DNA of 47,312 nucleotides from Nemertoderma westbladi (taxonomy: Eukaryota; Animalia; Xenacoelomorpha), in the NCBI GenBank assembly GCA_032718475.1, contig JAUCBJ010004796.1, forward strand, positions 1 through 47,312. The letters are read 5' to 3'. The number at the start of each line of letters is the position of its first letter. Within the stretch, counting starts at the first letter, position 1. A model generated the notes under the pieces. That model was not told the origin of the DNA, searched no databases, and saw only the letters and a list, made by a program, of their open reading frames with translations. Of this stretch, positions 10,735 through 24,230 are shown one piece after another. The position numbers and the translations under genes are program-made.

Positions 10735-11338
10735 ATGTCTGACTTAAGCCAATTGCTTGGGAATTCAAGCGCTATTCTGTATGATGATAGGAGCGGGAAC
10801 GACAATTTTGAATTTAGTAGGAACTCGCAATTCCGCATCTTAGAGTTCCCACAATCTTCCGACGATGAACTTGTTGGTCCGTCGTGTGTGAGTCCTATTA
10901 CGATAAGCCTGCCTGGGGAGGATGTTGATATTGATACTGGTGACTGTGAGCGTAGCGGTAGCGACATGGCAGTATCCGAAGAGGCAGGCTCTGCATCGGG
11001 AATTCGCGAGCACGAGGAGGATACGTTTGCCTCAGTGAGGTCAGAAACAAACGATTTTATCGGGCAAGGAATCAACACTTTAGAAAGGAAGCTCGCGGCT
11101 CAAAATAAGGACGGCAGCAAGCGGTCCTATTATAAAAAGAAACTGACTTTATTGAAGAGACGGTCCATACCCATCAATTCCAAAATTGATCTCATTTCTA
11201 GTTTTGGAACTAGAAAAAAAAAATGTGGGGGTGGGCCAAAAGAAGAATCACCACAAGGGAAAATTGAAGGTGGAACAATTGAGTGGTACAAAACTTACGA
11301 GATATCGTCGAACATCGACATTGAAGTACACAAAAGAG
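10735..11338 (+). CDS. First coding exon of a putative host gene of unknown function (acidic Ser/Asp/Glu-rich, then basic), interrupted downstream by the retrotransposon
   Basis: 201-codon GC-richer ORF from ATG 10735 ending at a strong donor AG|GTGAGC (11339); T-rich intron-like sequence follows. Confidence 0.55.
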
Positions 11339-11419
11339 GTGAGCTGATATTAAGAACACTTTTTTTTATCTGCTGTACATTTGTTATTTATTATTTTTTA
11401 TTGGTTTTTAATATAGGTG

Positions 11420-12656
11420 TGTACGCGCTTTTGGAAGACCTTTAGCAGTTTAACCTGCCAAAATTTATATGTCTTTGGGTTTATAAATATACTTTAGAAG
11501 AAAACAAATATTTTGATACCAATAAACACAACATTAGCAGAAGCCAGCCTAGTGCGCGTCCATTCACCCGCTGGATATTCCCGGGAGACTGGATTCTGAG
11601 GGCTTAGATTATTATTGCAGTGAAACCTACTGTATTATTCGATTGATCGTTAATAAATAATTTCTGACTAATATTATTCACTTTCGGGAAATATTAACAG
11701 TTCCTTTAGGACGTGGCGCTCTATCTAAGTAAACAGAGACATGACTTATACTAATCACAACAGTAAGTCGGTAAGGCTTATGATTCACGTATGAGGCGCA
11801 TTCTTTAGGAAATGCTTAGTTATCAGTCACAATCATGCACACTACCGGTAACACACAATACTGCTCACTAATTTGCCGACCGTCAATGAATTTTATCATA
11901 TATAGAGAGAACAGCAACGGACCAATGTAGTGCTTATCAAATAGCATTAAATTCACTACATACACAATAATATAAGTCGCAATCGCTATGTATAACCCGT
12001 CTCTCTAACCTGTAGTGTATCAAGAAAATTGGGAAATTTGGGTTCTTTATAAATGTTCTCCAAATAATATTCAACCAAAACACAACAGTAAATAGCATTA
12101 AGACGGTAGGTTAAGATATGATATGACAAGATGTGACAAGATATGCACTGATAACAGTTATACGCTCTATAATCTTAAGCCTACTAATGTTTCTTCTAAA
12201 AGTATGAAACAAGTTAACTCTAGAGCCGGTGTTACTGGCCTAGATACCAACAACACAACAGTATCACAAAAAACAGTAAGACTGAACGCTCTAGCATGAT
12301 CTGCCCAAAAGCTCCACATCTACAGGAAAAATCGCTCTGATTGGTCAATCGAACCACGAGAGAACAAAGAAACAAAGAAATGTCGACGTGGCAATATCAG
12401 CTGTTAGCCGTCGTCATGGTAGCGACACTGTTTTCAAGAGTATCTTGCTTATCGCGTCACGAGATTGCGGATTATGTCCTCTAAAGTACAAATCTAGAAG
12501 AATGACTTTTATGTCCGTTAAAACACCTATTACGGTACCTTGCGGGCGAGGGGAATATATATACAGTTAAAGAGCCTTTTTAGAGTATTCCAGCGCCTGG
12601 GGGGAACTCGGACCGCAAAGCAAAAGGGCCAGCTAGATCCCACAGAAGCTTTTACA
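11420..12656 (-). repeat. 3' LTR
   Basis: Direct repeat of 26099-27335 with only four substitutions seen by eye; preceded on the minus strand by purine-rich GGGAGCGG (PPT, 12657-12664). Confidence 0.97.
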
Positions 12657-12734
12657 CCGCTCCCAGAAAATGGGATTTGAGTCTATAACATATACAAAAT
12701 CACAGTTTCTAATATACGTAAATACTCTAAACAG

Positions 12735-14184
12735 TTAGTCTTTCTTGCGCGGACGGCATTTACGCAGTTTCTTAAAGCTAGCCAGAGTCCTTTTCTCTTT
12801 GGGGCGAGCCACTTTACAAGGAGGGCTATAACTCCTGGGTGAAGGGTGCAATATGATTGCATCAGAGGGTGTAGGATTATGGTCGGTGTATCCGCCAGTC
12901 GAAGTGCTGGGTTGATTGACATCAACGTCGGGGGAGAGGGGTTTAACGGCCTTGAGAGCGCGTTTTAGGACAGCCGCTCTGACGGGTCCTTTACGAGTGG
13001 TCTGAACGAGAGCCGTGGGTGGACCATAGGCAGTCAGAAACTTCCTGGGTTTAATGGTTCTTTCCAACTCGCGTTCGCGGGCTCGGTATTCGTAAGGTCG
13101 TCGATACACTTCCTGTAACTCGGGATGTGAGTTAACAAATAAGTCTCCATAGTCCGGATCCTGACGGATATAATTGATTAAGTTATAGGAATGAAGGTCG
13201 CTAGGATTAACACTCCTGAGAAATTTGCGTACGAATTTGGTTGAAATACATTCTCCGACACGCTTCAGTAGCTCGTAACTCGATATGCGTGATTTCTGTT
13301 CAACAGAAGCGAATAGATAAGGATGGAACGCATAAACTCCTTCGTAAGCGCGTCCGGGATAATAGCGATGGCGCGAATCACAGTGTAAATCAGCGTTCGC
13401 TTCCCAAGCTCTGATGTAACGTAGTGTGATCATTTCATCTACGCTTTCCAAATCGTGATTAAAAGGGCAATCGAAACTGGCGTGTCCCTTTAGTTGACAA
13501 CGGTGACATTGAGTCATAAATTGAGGGCAAACCGCAAAAATATGCAAATTATTGAGTCTGCAATATGCGCAATAAATTTCCATAGTCGGTTGTTCTTGGA
13601 AATAGGAACAGCGGACGTTGGTGTCCATGGGCGTATCGTGGTCTCTCGATGCGCATAACCGACAACGTTGCCTAGAAACATAGTTGGCATGGCGATAATC
13701 GTACGCAGTGAGACACTGTGGACCTTGATACCATTCTAGGAGGTAATCATTGTCGCTGTTCCGGGCGCGATAGGCTGAATCTCCTCAGATTCTAGGCATA
13801 TTGGTTCGTCTTCCCAGTCTGTTACGAATATAATTTTCGTGATCTATTCTCGGTTTATCGTTACGACTCCGCTGGGTATGATATTTAAATAGAACCATTT
13901 CCCCTTTCGGTGTCTACATCGTCCGTATCATGTAAATCGATAGGATGGCCGGTAGTTAAGAAGTCCATATACGTACCATTACGATGCGTATAGCGAGCGG
14001 TTAATTTTCGATAGTCCAATTCACGCGTAAGTTGCTCTTGGGACATCGGCGGTTCGATATAACGACCATCGTCCTCCGTAATGGTTGGATCGGCTTCACC
14101 GCGTATCAAGCTATCCACAAATGTTTGTAAAGGTAGAGTATATCGCTCCCTGATACCAAGATCATCTTCTATCAACTCCGTCAT
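12735..14184 (-). pseudogene. Extra retrotransposon ORF (env position) encoding a triple CCHC zinc-knuckle, basic-tailed protein; interrupted by one TGA and possibly one frameshift
   Basis: The 297-aa ORF frame extends upstream through TGA (13785-13787) to ATG 13898 and abuts the 99-aa ORF 13885-14184 across a G4 run; knuckles CRLCASRDH...C, CAYCRLNNLHIFAVC, CHRCQLKGHASFDC. Confidence 0.75.
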
Positions 14185-15005
14185 ATCTGCTATCTGAGTT
14201 TATTAAGATTATAATGAGTTTATGTTTAGGCGAGCGGGCGTCGCTGCCTACCTTTCTTTGACCCCGGACAGTGGGATTCTCAGCGCCGACGTACCGTCGT
14301 CGCGGTGTTTACGCCAACATGTAGCAACAGCACGATGACGATAACCGGCACAAGTCACTCCACTGTCCGTCCCAAAGTCTTGGATCCACTTTAGGTTCTT
14401 TCTATAGGAGAGTTGGGCTACTTTCACAATTGCGACTAGCTACTGTAAACACACCTTAGCAGTAACATTCACCTACAAACGCACAAATTCCACACAACTG
14501 TCACCAATTGTACACATACAGGCCATTTGTCCGTTAGTCAGTGCCTTCCAGAATGTCACGTTATTACTGTGTATCTTTGGATACTAACAGTGTGCTATGT
14601 ATTCTCTATGCTATGCAATGGGACAAGCTTTCTGTTGTTCTTTTAACTTGCTTCTAATTCTAGCGTGGGTGTTGCCATGGTGACATTATGGAATGCTAGC
14701 GGTAGAATTAGGGTAATTCTCATGCATACAGATCTGGGATGCTATTTAATAATAATTCTTTAATTGTCAATATTCTCTCTATGCATGATTTTATTATTTT
14801 TATCGGCTATTGACTATATGTTGGAGATTCTCGCACTCTAATACACTCAATAGGATGAATCTCCGCTCCCGTGATCTATTAATTAATGGAATTTTGGGAA
14901 TGTTATAAATTGCACAAAATGCCAATTTATGAAATTCATTTAAAATATGAATTTAAATTTATTCCCGTGAATTTTATTATTTGATGTTAAAATTGACACA
15001 ATTTG

Positions 15006-15300
15006 ATTCCAGAGCAGGTCTGGGGACGGGACATACGATCCTTAATTCTATGAAATTTGTCTTTTAAGAGTATCGGTAAGTGCTACGATATCTTAATCGA
15101 CTAGAATTGTTAACGGATCTGAATTTTACAGATTTTAATAAATATTAAATTAATATTTAAGATGGGCACCGATTTATTCCAGAGCTTGTCTGGGGACGTT
15201 AACCACTGATTCTAGAATTTGTCTTTCAAGTATATCGGTGGGTGCCACGATATCTTAATCGACTAGAATTACAGATGGTCAAAAGGTTTAACAGATTTAT
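15006..15300. repeat. Diverged ~170-bp-period duplication in the pol-ORF2 spacer
   Basis: ATTCCAGAGC..GTCTGGGGACG and ACGATATCTTAATCGACTAGAATT each occur twice. Confidence 0.75.
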
Positions 15301-15813
15301 TTGCGTTTTACGCTACTGTTATATGGACATCACGCTACTATATGTATTATTTAATATAAGGTAGAAGAGCAATATCGCACGAAGCAATGTCAGTGTGAAG
15401 AGGCAAGTCGTCTCCAAGGTCTACCCAGAGCTTGGTTTAGCCGAGACACGAGGATCTGAATTTTGCATTCCTAATACTCTGCCTACCAATAATACTTGAA
15501 TATAGTAGTGGCTTTATTGTACTTTTAACAAGTACGGACATTTCATCTTACTGTAGCCACGTATTTATAATATGATATGGACAGTAAGGAAAGAGAAAAA
15601 ATTATTTCTCGCCGTCGCACTAAATATATTATAAGTAATTACGTACGTAATAACACTAATATATTGCACTAATCTACTAAATAATCACTAAAATATCATT
15701 CTACTAAATAAAATTGAATAAAAACGATTATAATAAAGTACGTAATGATATTCACATATAAAATACAATAAAAATAGATAAAATAATATAGTCATGCGCC
15801 CACTCCAAACGTA

Positions 15814-18800
15814 TCATGTTGGGGAGTCCCTAGATGTTTGAGGAATTAGGGAGGTGGTCGTGGGAAGAGTGTCTTGCCTTCCATAGTTTCCAGAGAGTTC
15901 TCTGTCTCTTTCCAGTAAACATAAACGACCAACTGGGCGATTGAGTTGTTGCGTCTCAAAGATTAGGCCTGGCTTCTTGAAGTTACGCCGCATGACGACG
16001 AGTTCTACCGAGCGTACTAAACCATCATCCGAGATGTGGGTCTCGATGATACGACCTGTCTGCCACCGTTTACGTGGGAGGTCTGGATCTACAATAAGCA
16101 CCATATCTCCGGCGCTGACGTTTTCTTGCTGCGCAAACCACTTAGTTCGAAGTTGTAGCGTGGGCAGATAATGTTTCTCGAAATGGTCAGCGAAACGACG
16201 GGATAGCAACTGCATAAGTTGCCAAGTTCGACGGCAATATTCGTCTCCGTCGGCAATCTCCGATCGTGGGAGCATGGCTACAGGTTTCTTCAGTAGGAAG
16301 TGCGCGGGTGTTAGCGCTTCCAGGGAATCGGGACTCGATGAGACTGGCATAAGCGGTCTCTCGTTGAGATAGGCAGCTATTTCCTCCATTAACGTCCGCA
16401 AAAGTTCGTCGGTGAGATATGCGCGGCATGGCACTATAAAGTGAAATGCGGTTTTGACACTTCGAATTAATCTCTCCCAACTTCCTCCCCACCAAGGGGC
16501 GTCGGCGGCGTTGAAGGTCCAGCTAGACGCTGTTATCCTTAGCTGGTCGTCCACCTGTCTTTGGTTCCAGTCCTTCACGTAAGCCTGTATTTCGTTGTTG
16601 GCACCTATGAAGTTCGTTCCCTTATCCGATCTCATGGTATTACTCGTCCCGAAGCGAGCGATCTGTCGTCGTAAACTTAAGACGAAGCTGTTGGTAGATA
16701 GATCGTTCACCATATCGAGGTGGATGGCTCTGCAAGTCATGCACACGAAGATGACACACCATCTCTTGACTATAGTCCTAGCACGATATACTTCAATAGG
16801 GCCAAATAAATCTACACCAGTATTAGTAAAAGGTGGTTCATAGAATCTTACTCGTTCCCTAGGTAATTCTGCCTCTCGCTGTGTTAAAGGCCTACTGAAT
16901 GCTTTCCTACAGGGTATGCAGTTTCTAAGAACTTGGTTCAGAGCTCTACGGGGTTTATCAAAATAATAGCGAGTTCGAATTTCGCTAAGAACTCATTCTC
17001 TACCAGCATGATAAAGTTTACTGTGAACATCTACAATCATCTTGATTTGTACTTCAAGATTTCTAATGAGTATGGGGAATTTAGTGTCAAAGGATAATGG
17101 CGCATTGGTGAGTCTTCCTCCAACACGTATTAACCCATCTATCATTGTGCTTGAGAATCGATCCCTTAAGCGCATCTGCGGATTTCTCAACAACAGGAAA
17201 TACTTTTCGGAATCCTCATAGCATTGCAGGAGTCTCAGTATCTGCTTATTAGTTTCTTCATGCTCCTGGTGACTAATTTTCTCCTTTAGAAAACGGTCAG
17301 ATGTCTTATATTTGGGTAAATTTTTAATAACATGAACTTGTGCAGATGTCAATGGAGCGGTATCACTAGTGGTCTTCGTCCTGGAGTAGTGATGATGAAA
17401 ACATCGTCTTAAATATGTGACGGCTTTACAGAGCCGATTCCAGGAACTGTAATGATGCATTGCTCTCTGCAGCATGGGTGAGATTCCTTGCGAGACGTCT
17501 GGTATTCCAGATTTCCAATCTATATCTCTAATTTCCATAACAGATTTATTTGTGGCGAGGAATTGTGGATCCGAAGCATCGTTTTCGGAAGCATGTAATA
17601 CAGATAGATCGATAGTCGGTTTAAATAACTTCGATTTACTCGCCCGGGTTTTAGGTTTAACTGTCTCCGCTCCCTTGGCTTGTCTAATTTCCGCCGTAGT
17701 AAGGTGAGGGGGCCATTCATCCTCTTCCTTGCTCAGGAAGTCGGGTCCACCCAACCAATCTGGAGTATCTATCAGTTCCTGTGGAGTTGCTCCCCTGGAG
17801 GCGATATCGGCTGGATTAATCGTACCAGGGCAATGTCTCCATTGATCTATCTTTGTGCGACTAAGAATAATAGCTACCCTGTTAGTAACAAAAACGCTGA
17901 ACTGACAGACTTCATTGGTTAGATACTCCAACACGAGTAAAGCGTCGGTCCAATAAACCGTTTTCTCCAGTGGATAGTCGATTTGTTCCGTTACGTTCCG
18001 GCCGATGGCTGTAGCGTATAAAGCCGCCTTTAACTCCGCTCGAGGAACCTTTAACTTGTTGTTAATCAATGCCTTAGAGGTAACCAAGGCAACTTTGATC
18101 CCATCCGGAGTTTCGACTCGCAGATATGCTACTATACCTATTCCCATGTCGCTGGCGTCTCCAAACACATGGAGTTGATAGGAATACGTCGGAAGAACAT
18201 GTCCAAAATATGCACGGGAAATTATAAAGTTCTCGATGGCAGGTAGAGAATCTTCCCATTTCATCCATTTCTTCAACAGTTCTCCCTTAAGCGGATCGTC
18301 CCATGAGTGGTTTTCAAGCCACATCTGTTGTACTAAACTCCGAGCAATCAATATAACTGGGCTAATAAATCCCAATGGGTCGAAATAAGTGCTCAGGATA
18401 CTTAAACAAATCCGTTTGGTCCGGACTGGATTATCTCGCTGTTTTAACTGAAAAAACAGGATGTTTCTTTCAGTGTCCCACTTCAAGCCTAGCGTCTTGG
18501 TTTCAGGAAGCTCGTCCTTTATTAAGTCTAGATCTTTCGCTCCTCGGTCTTCTACCGGTATGGCTTCCTGAAACTCACGGGAGTTGCTGGTGAATTTCGT
18601 CAGTCGAAATCCACCTCTTTTCAAACACTCTACCGTTCCTTTCGCGACAGCTATGGCTTCTTCTACTGATGGAAGGGACCTTAAATTGTCGTCCATGTAT
18701 ATATTTCGTTTTATGTTGTCTATCACTTCTTTGGAGAAGGAGTCTCGGTTGTCATTCGCAGTGGTTCGCACCACGGAGCAGGCGTTGGAAGGGCTAGATA

Positions 18801-21800
18801 TGATCCCAAAAGCCTGGATGGTCATCCAGTACTCCACCGGTTTCTGGTTGAGGTCTCCTTCAGGCCACCACAGAAATCTCAGGCTGTCTCTATCTCTATC
18901 CAGCGCCTTGACTTGTAAGAACATTCCTTCTATATCGGAAGCGAACGCGATGGAGTATTGTCTTAATCTTAAAAGTATTCCCAACAAAGATTGGAGTAAG
19001 TTGGGTCCTGGTAACAACTCGGAATTGAGGGATTGGCCCATATATAGGGCGGAGCCATCGAATACGACTCGTACTTCGTTGGGTTTACCGGGTTTGGGAA
19101 CGTAATGATGTGTTAGGTAATACGTTCTCTCAGTCACTGGTGTTCCTTCCGGTACTCTCTCCGCGTATCCCTTTGTTATAAATTTCTTCAGCTGAGTTTG
19201 GTACATTTCTTTCGCTGAAGCATTAGCTGTAAGGCGTCGATGTAATTGATCGATTCTTTTCTCTGCCAAGGGTCTGTTATTTATAAATCTAGGTTCTCGT
19301 TTTCGGAATGGCAGGCCGATTTCATACCTACCTTGGTCCTTTAAAAAACGTGTAGTTGTTTCCTGGATTTGCTTGGCTCTTTCTTCTTCTATCGATAGAG
19401 CCTTATCATATGAATTGGGCTCCACTAGCTCCTGAGTAAAGAACCGTACAGCTAGTTCGTCCCGAGTTCTAGCGTTGTAACGCTCTATCTCATCGTTTAG
19501 TTCGTCATTGTAAACGATGGGTTCCGATGGGCGAATAAGTTGACATAGGTACACTTGATTTTTCCAGTTTTGGTTTTCTGAAAGTAGGTCGATTGTGTTC
19601 TCTTCATCGAAGAGTTGGTAGATGTCGTCATTATCTGAGGAGTATGGTGTTCCCTCAGCTAGTTCGTCCAACTCACTGCTCTCCACTTCCCAATTGTTTA
19701 CTTGGTATGTTTGTTCTTGTGGCATTCTCTCTGCGAGAGTCCTGCGGGAAGGGCCAGTAAAGTACCAACCTACTCTAGTTCTTACCGCATAGGTTTGCAG
19801 TGGCTGTGGTTGAGCAGGCCGTTTCTCCAATGTCTCGAGCGCCTCGTGCGCGTTCTGGCCGATGAGTATTTGCACTCCAGGATAATCTGTCTGGAATCGA
19901 GGTATCTTAAGATATTGGATGCTCTCATCCTCGTCCCAATTATAAAGGTCTGCTTGAGTAGTAGCGAAGTTCTTTATAGCCACCATTTTTACCGACCTTA
20001 TACCTTGTGCTCCTAACTTATCCTGGGGGGTGGACAACACACCTACATAGTAATCTGCCGTTAGGGTAGATTTCCAAACCTGCATAATTCCTGACATATT
20101 CAATTTAGTCCGGAATTTTGGTTGTCCAGCAAAGATATCCTCGGCTAATTCTTGATCGATGAATGTTCCTGTGCTGCCGGAGTCAAGGAGGGCGTTCACT
20201 ATGTAACTTTTGTTAAGACCGTGAACTCTTACCTGCACCACAGGAAATTCTCTGATTCCTACATTGGAAGTTGGAGCTTTCCAAGAGGGTTGTTTGGCAA
20301 AAGTAGTTGGGGGAAACTCATCGTTGGTGTCCTTTTCATGAGTAAGTGCTCGATACACTGCGGTATTGATTAGATAACAGGATTCGTTGGCGTCGGAGAA
20401 TTCGTCAGTATAGAATCCTTCCATCTCAGATTCTTGATCAGTGTCGTTTACATCACTGAATTGGACATGTAGTTCGGGCTCACTTACCTGACTCTGTTTG
20501 TCTCGTTCGAACTCACTGTGCAACAAGATGTGATGTTTCGCGCTACACTTTGCACACTTTATGTCGGAGTAACAGGTCCGCCGTTGGTGTCCTGGTCTGA
20601 GGCAATTATAGCATAACCGCTTGTCCCACACGACTGTACGTCTGTCTACAAGGGATTTCTTTAGAAATTCAGCACACGCACTCAAACGGTGGGTCCCGTC
20701 ACACAGCGCACAATTAGGTTTTATGTTACTCACCTTACCTTGGGTAACTTGATGCACTCTCGTTTTTTCTTCGGGTTTTCTTCGGTGCATTCTGTTAGGA
20801 GACTGAGGAGGGGTCTTGGCAGCCTGTTCTCTCCTATCGTTGTTTCGAGCCTTGTATTTACTTACATCTTTTGAGGTTTTTTCAACGTAGTAAGATCTCT
20901 CAGTGTCTTTCCCGCTGTCTTCTTCTTGAGAAGCTTGGCTTTCGCCGTCGTCAGTGTAACACACCGGTGTTACTCTTCTCCTAGAAGCGGGTTTCTCACT
21001 TACCTTATTTTCCGATGTTTTCTCTCTGGACTGTTTGATGAGTTGTAGTTTTACTTCACCATCTAAGAAGGACATGAGATCAGCCATAGTAGGACTTCGT
21101 CGTTGTTGTTCATTCATGTACAACACTTTCTTGTCCCAGCGTGTACATACTCCACCCTTTGGTAAAGTAGAGACTACGGCTCCAATAACCATGGAACTCT
21201 GATATTCATGCGACTTACCTAACCAGTCCAGTTGTCTACAGATCTCTTGTATCTCATCGGAAAACTCTATAATCCCGCTACTAAGGAAGTGTCGGGGGGC
21301 TACTAATTTTGCATACAAATACTTAGCTATGTTATCCTTGTTACCATACCTGATGTTTAATGTATCCCAAACTTGTCTTAATCCATCTGGATGTCCAATA
21401 AACTTTAACGCCATTAACTTGGGAGGTCCTTCCAAGCACTTGATGAGGAACCTAAGTTTCTCTCCATTAGATAGTACAGAGTTTTGTATGCTATCTTTGT
21501 AATATTCGTTGAAAGGTAACCACTTCATCTCATTTCCATTGAATTTGACGATCTCTCCCACTTTGACCGCTTGGCGGGCTTCTGTTCTAGCCATCTGACG
21601 CGTAAAGCTTTCTTGGGCCATTGTGTTATTTAATATCGAATTATCGGTATATAAATTTCTCGGATCATTATCAGGTCTATAGGGAATATCATTAACAACA
21701 GGTTTATAATCACCCTTAATAGGGTTTGCTATAGGAGTTTCTACTTCACTAGCAGTATAGATGCGTATAGGCTCCACACCTTGCGCATGTAATACTTCAG

Positions 21801-23877
21801 ACCTAACAGGTTGACACAATGTTACAGGGGGTATTGGTATGCCCTTTTGGATATTGACTAATTTGTCGCGTTCTAGTGCGATACTTTGCTGCACTTCTTG
21901 CAACTCTGCTCTACCTTCCCTTACTGTTCCCTTAAGTTGGTGGACAGTCTCCTGCATCTGTCCGAGCAGGAGATTCATCCCCCGCCGTCCCTCCTCTACC
22001 CACTCGACCGCCGAAGCGGGAGTCGCCAACATGGTAGCGGGCTGACGTGGGACGACGGGAGACAAATCTTTGATTTCTCTCTCAGCTATCAGGACAGGGA
22101 TATTCTCATGGACTGTTCTACTGGGTACAGGCAGTGTAGTACTATGTAAAGGGAATTTAGAGTTAAGCTCTGGAAGTACAGGAGTCTCTAACACAGGGGT
22201 GACTTTGGGAACGACAGGCCTAATTATTTCAGGCTCATCAACTATAGTAGGGAGTCTTTTGACCTTAATAATTTGGGCTGTAGGTTCTATACTACTCAAG
22301 TCTGTGCTAGCTAGCTGTCTTCTAACAGCTGGGGGCAAATCAGGCAATTTGCGACGGTAAGATGTTTTTCTACGCCTGCTTAGATGAGATCTATTTCCTC
22401 CGCCTTCAGGATCGGTGGTCTCGCCTTCCTCCGAGGATGTGTATCCCTGGCGCTTGGGAGTAGCTTTTCTCATCATCTGCATTTGACTAGCAGTTAACTG
22501 TTTATTTATGCTGTCTTGCGTCTCTTGCAGATTTTCCAACTCCAGTTGGATAGTCTCCTCAGACGCTCTCCGTTCTGCTTCTGCCACTGCTGCTTTTCTT
22601 TCTGCTTCCGCCGCTTTTCTTTCTGCTTCTGCTTCTGCCGCTTTTCTTTCGGCTTCTGCTTCTTTTCTTTCTGCTTCTGCTTCCGCCGCCGCTGCTGCTG
22701 CTACCTTTCTTTTCTCTATCCGTTCTTTCTTTACTTGTTCTTCTCGGACTCTAGTGAGGCGGAGTTTTTCATCAAATTCAGCTTGGTTTGCAGCTAACAT
22801 TTCCGCATCGATTGAGTCCAACACAAGCTTGGTTCCTTCACTATTTGGGGAAAGTCCTGACAGCCGTCTCCTCAACTCTTCGTCTCCTAGGAATCGCTGA
22901 TAATCGGACAAATAAATGTCGATGGCGTCTCTAGTTCGCGGTTTCTCTGCTGTCACTTCGCTTTCCGCTTGAGAAAGGGTGGCATCGGTTGGTTCTTCAT
23001 AGGTTGGTCTCTCAGACAGCTGGGATTTCCACTGGTCCGTTTCTTGTACTTGGAGGCCTACCCGCTGGAACCAAGCTTTGACAGCAACCTGCAGCGACGT
23101 GTCCTGTCTTCTTTTGGAAGTTTCCTCAAAAGCTGATAGGATTAGTCGAATGCGTAGGGTTCTTTCGCGTACTTGGTATAGCAGTTCTTCTTGCTCTTGA
23201 GGTCCGTGGGGTTGTCGAAACAGTCGTTCTTCTATTCGCTCTAAGGAGCCGAAGAATCCCTGCACATATCCTGCTGCCGACCTCTTCCAAACAGCTGGAT
23301 CCATTGTATCTTTAGCCACTCCCATCCTGTGTATATCTTCCCAAGTAGCCTCGGACAGATCTAACGGGAGTCCGGGTCCGGGAAAGTTCCATTGTGACTC
23401 GACAATAGACATCAATTCTTCCCTGGCATATCCCGCATAATTATCTTGGGTCGCTCGCTTATTTCTCGCCCAGTCGGCTTGATGTTCCTCCACCGCAATG
23501 AATATAGTAGTTAGCACTGCGGCAGGAAGGGTGAGAAGGGGGTCCGAGTAGGCTGTAGCCGCCATCTGCACTCCGCGTTCGGGGGTCAGCTCTACAGTAT
23601 CCGAACTACTGGAGCTATCGGGTCGCTGGGAACTAGGTTCTTGACCAAGATGTTGCTGCGATAGGACAGCTGCCTCTTGGTTCCGTTTGACCTGGGCCCG
23701 AGTACCTATGATGGACCTATGGTGGATTAGCCTAGGGTCTGATACTACTGGAGGGATGACCTTTCTTGCAGTAGGAGGTGAACTGAACTCCTTTCTTAAT
23801 CGCTCTACACTCCTATCTGTGTCACAGATGGTTGTATCGATTAGACTGTCTGACAGGTTTTGCTGAGTGTCAGACAT
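15814..23877 (-). CDS. BEL/Pao Gag-Pol polyprotein (2687 codons in one frame, one internal TGA at 16993-16995)
   Basis: Gag with three knuckles (CALCDGTHRLSAC, CYNCLRPGHQRRTC, CAKCSAKHHILLH), protease LLDSGS, RT YMDD, RNase H LHVFGDAS, integrase H..HAG / CIPC, GVDLFGP, SDKGTNF, WERLI; the 82 codons between the two annotated ORFs are in frame and stop-free. Confidence 0.95.
22570..22702 (-). repeat. Coding minisatellite encoding (AEAERKA)n coiled-coil in the Gag N-terminal extension
   Basis: AAAAAAEAEAERKEAEAERKAAEAEAERKAAEAERKAAVAEAERR in the translation. Confidence 0.85.
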
Positions 23878-23982
23878 GTTTAGCTATACAGTTGAATGTC
23901 TACTGCTATAGTTTCAGTTAAAGCAAGTCTAGTAATTCAGTATAACCGTTGGCCTAGTACCGTTAATTTATTACAGTATTTT

Positions 23983-24230
23983 AGAATACTGGTATACACT
24001 TATAGTATATATAAGTATTGTAAACTAGGTTTGTCACAGAGTACCGGTATATAAATTTAGCACAGATATATATAAATATATAATAGGCCTATCGTGAATA
24101 CCGGTATACAGCTTACACTGATAGTATATATAAGTATAATTATGAACTAGAATTAATTACAGAGTACCGGTATGATTTCAGCTCAAATTTATAGAAATAA
24201 ATATAATAAGCCTATGGTAAATACCGGTAT
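23983..24230. repeat. Diverged ~115-125-bp tandem duplication in the retrotransposon leader
   Basis: AATACCGGTAT / ATAGTATATATAAGTAT / ACAGAGTACCGGTAT / ATAATARGCCTAT blocks recur. Confidence 0.7.

Noticed and set aside
12388-12570. Identical 60-aa ORFs at 12388 and 27067
   Set aside because: Antisense GTG-start ORFs duplicated only because they lie in the LTRs
14250-14700. Degenerate env-like frame (Cys residues, NVT sequons, hydrophobic LVPVIVIVLLL in another frame) on the minus strand
   Set aside because: Many stops and no recognisable fusion-protein motif
16993-16995. Selenocysteine recoding of the integrase TGA
   Set aside because: Position is not one of the zinc-binding Cys residues and no SECIS was recognised
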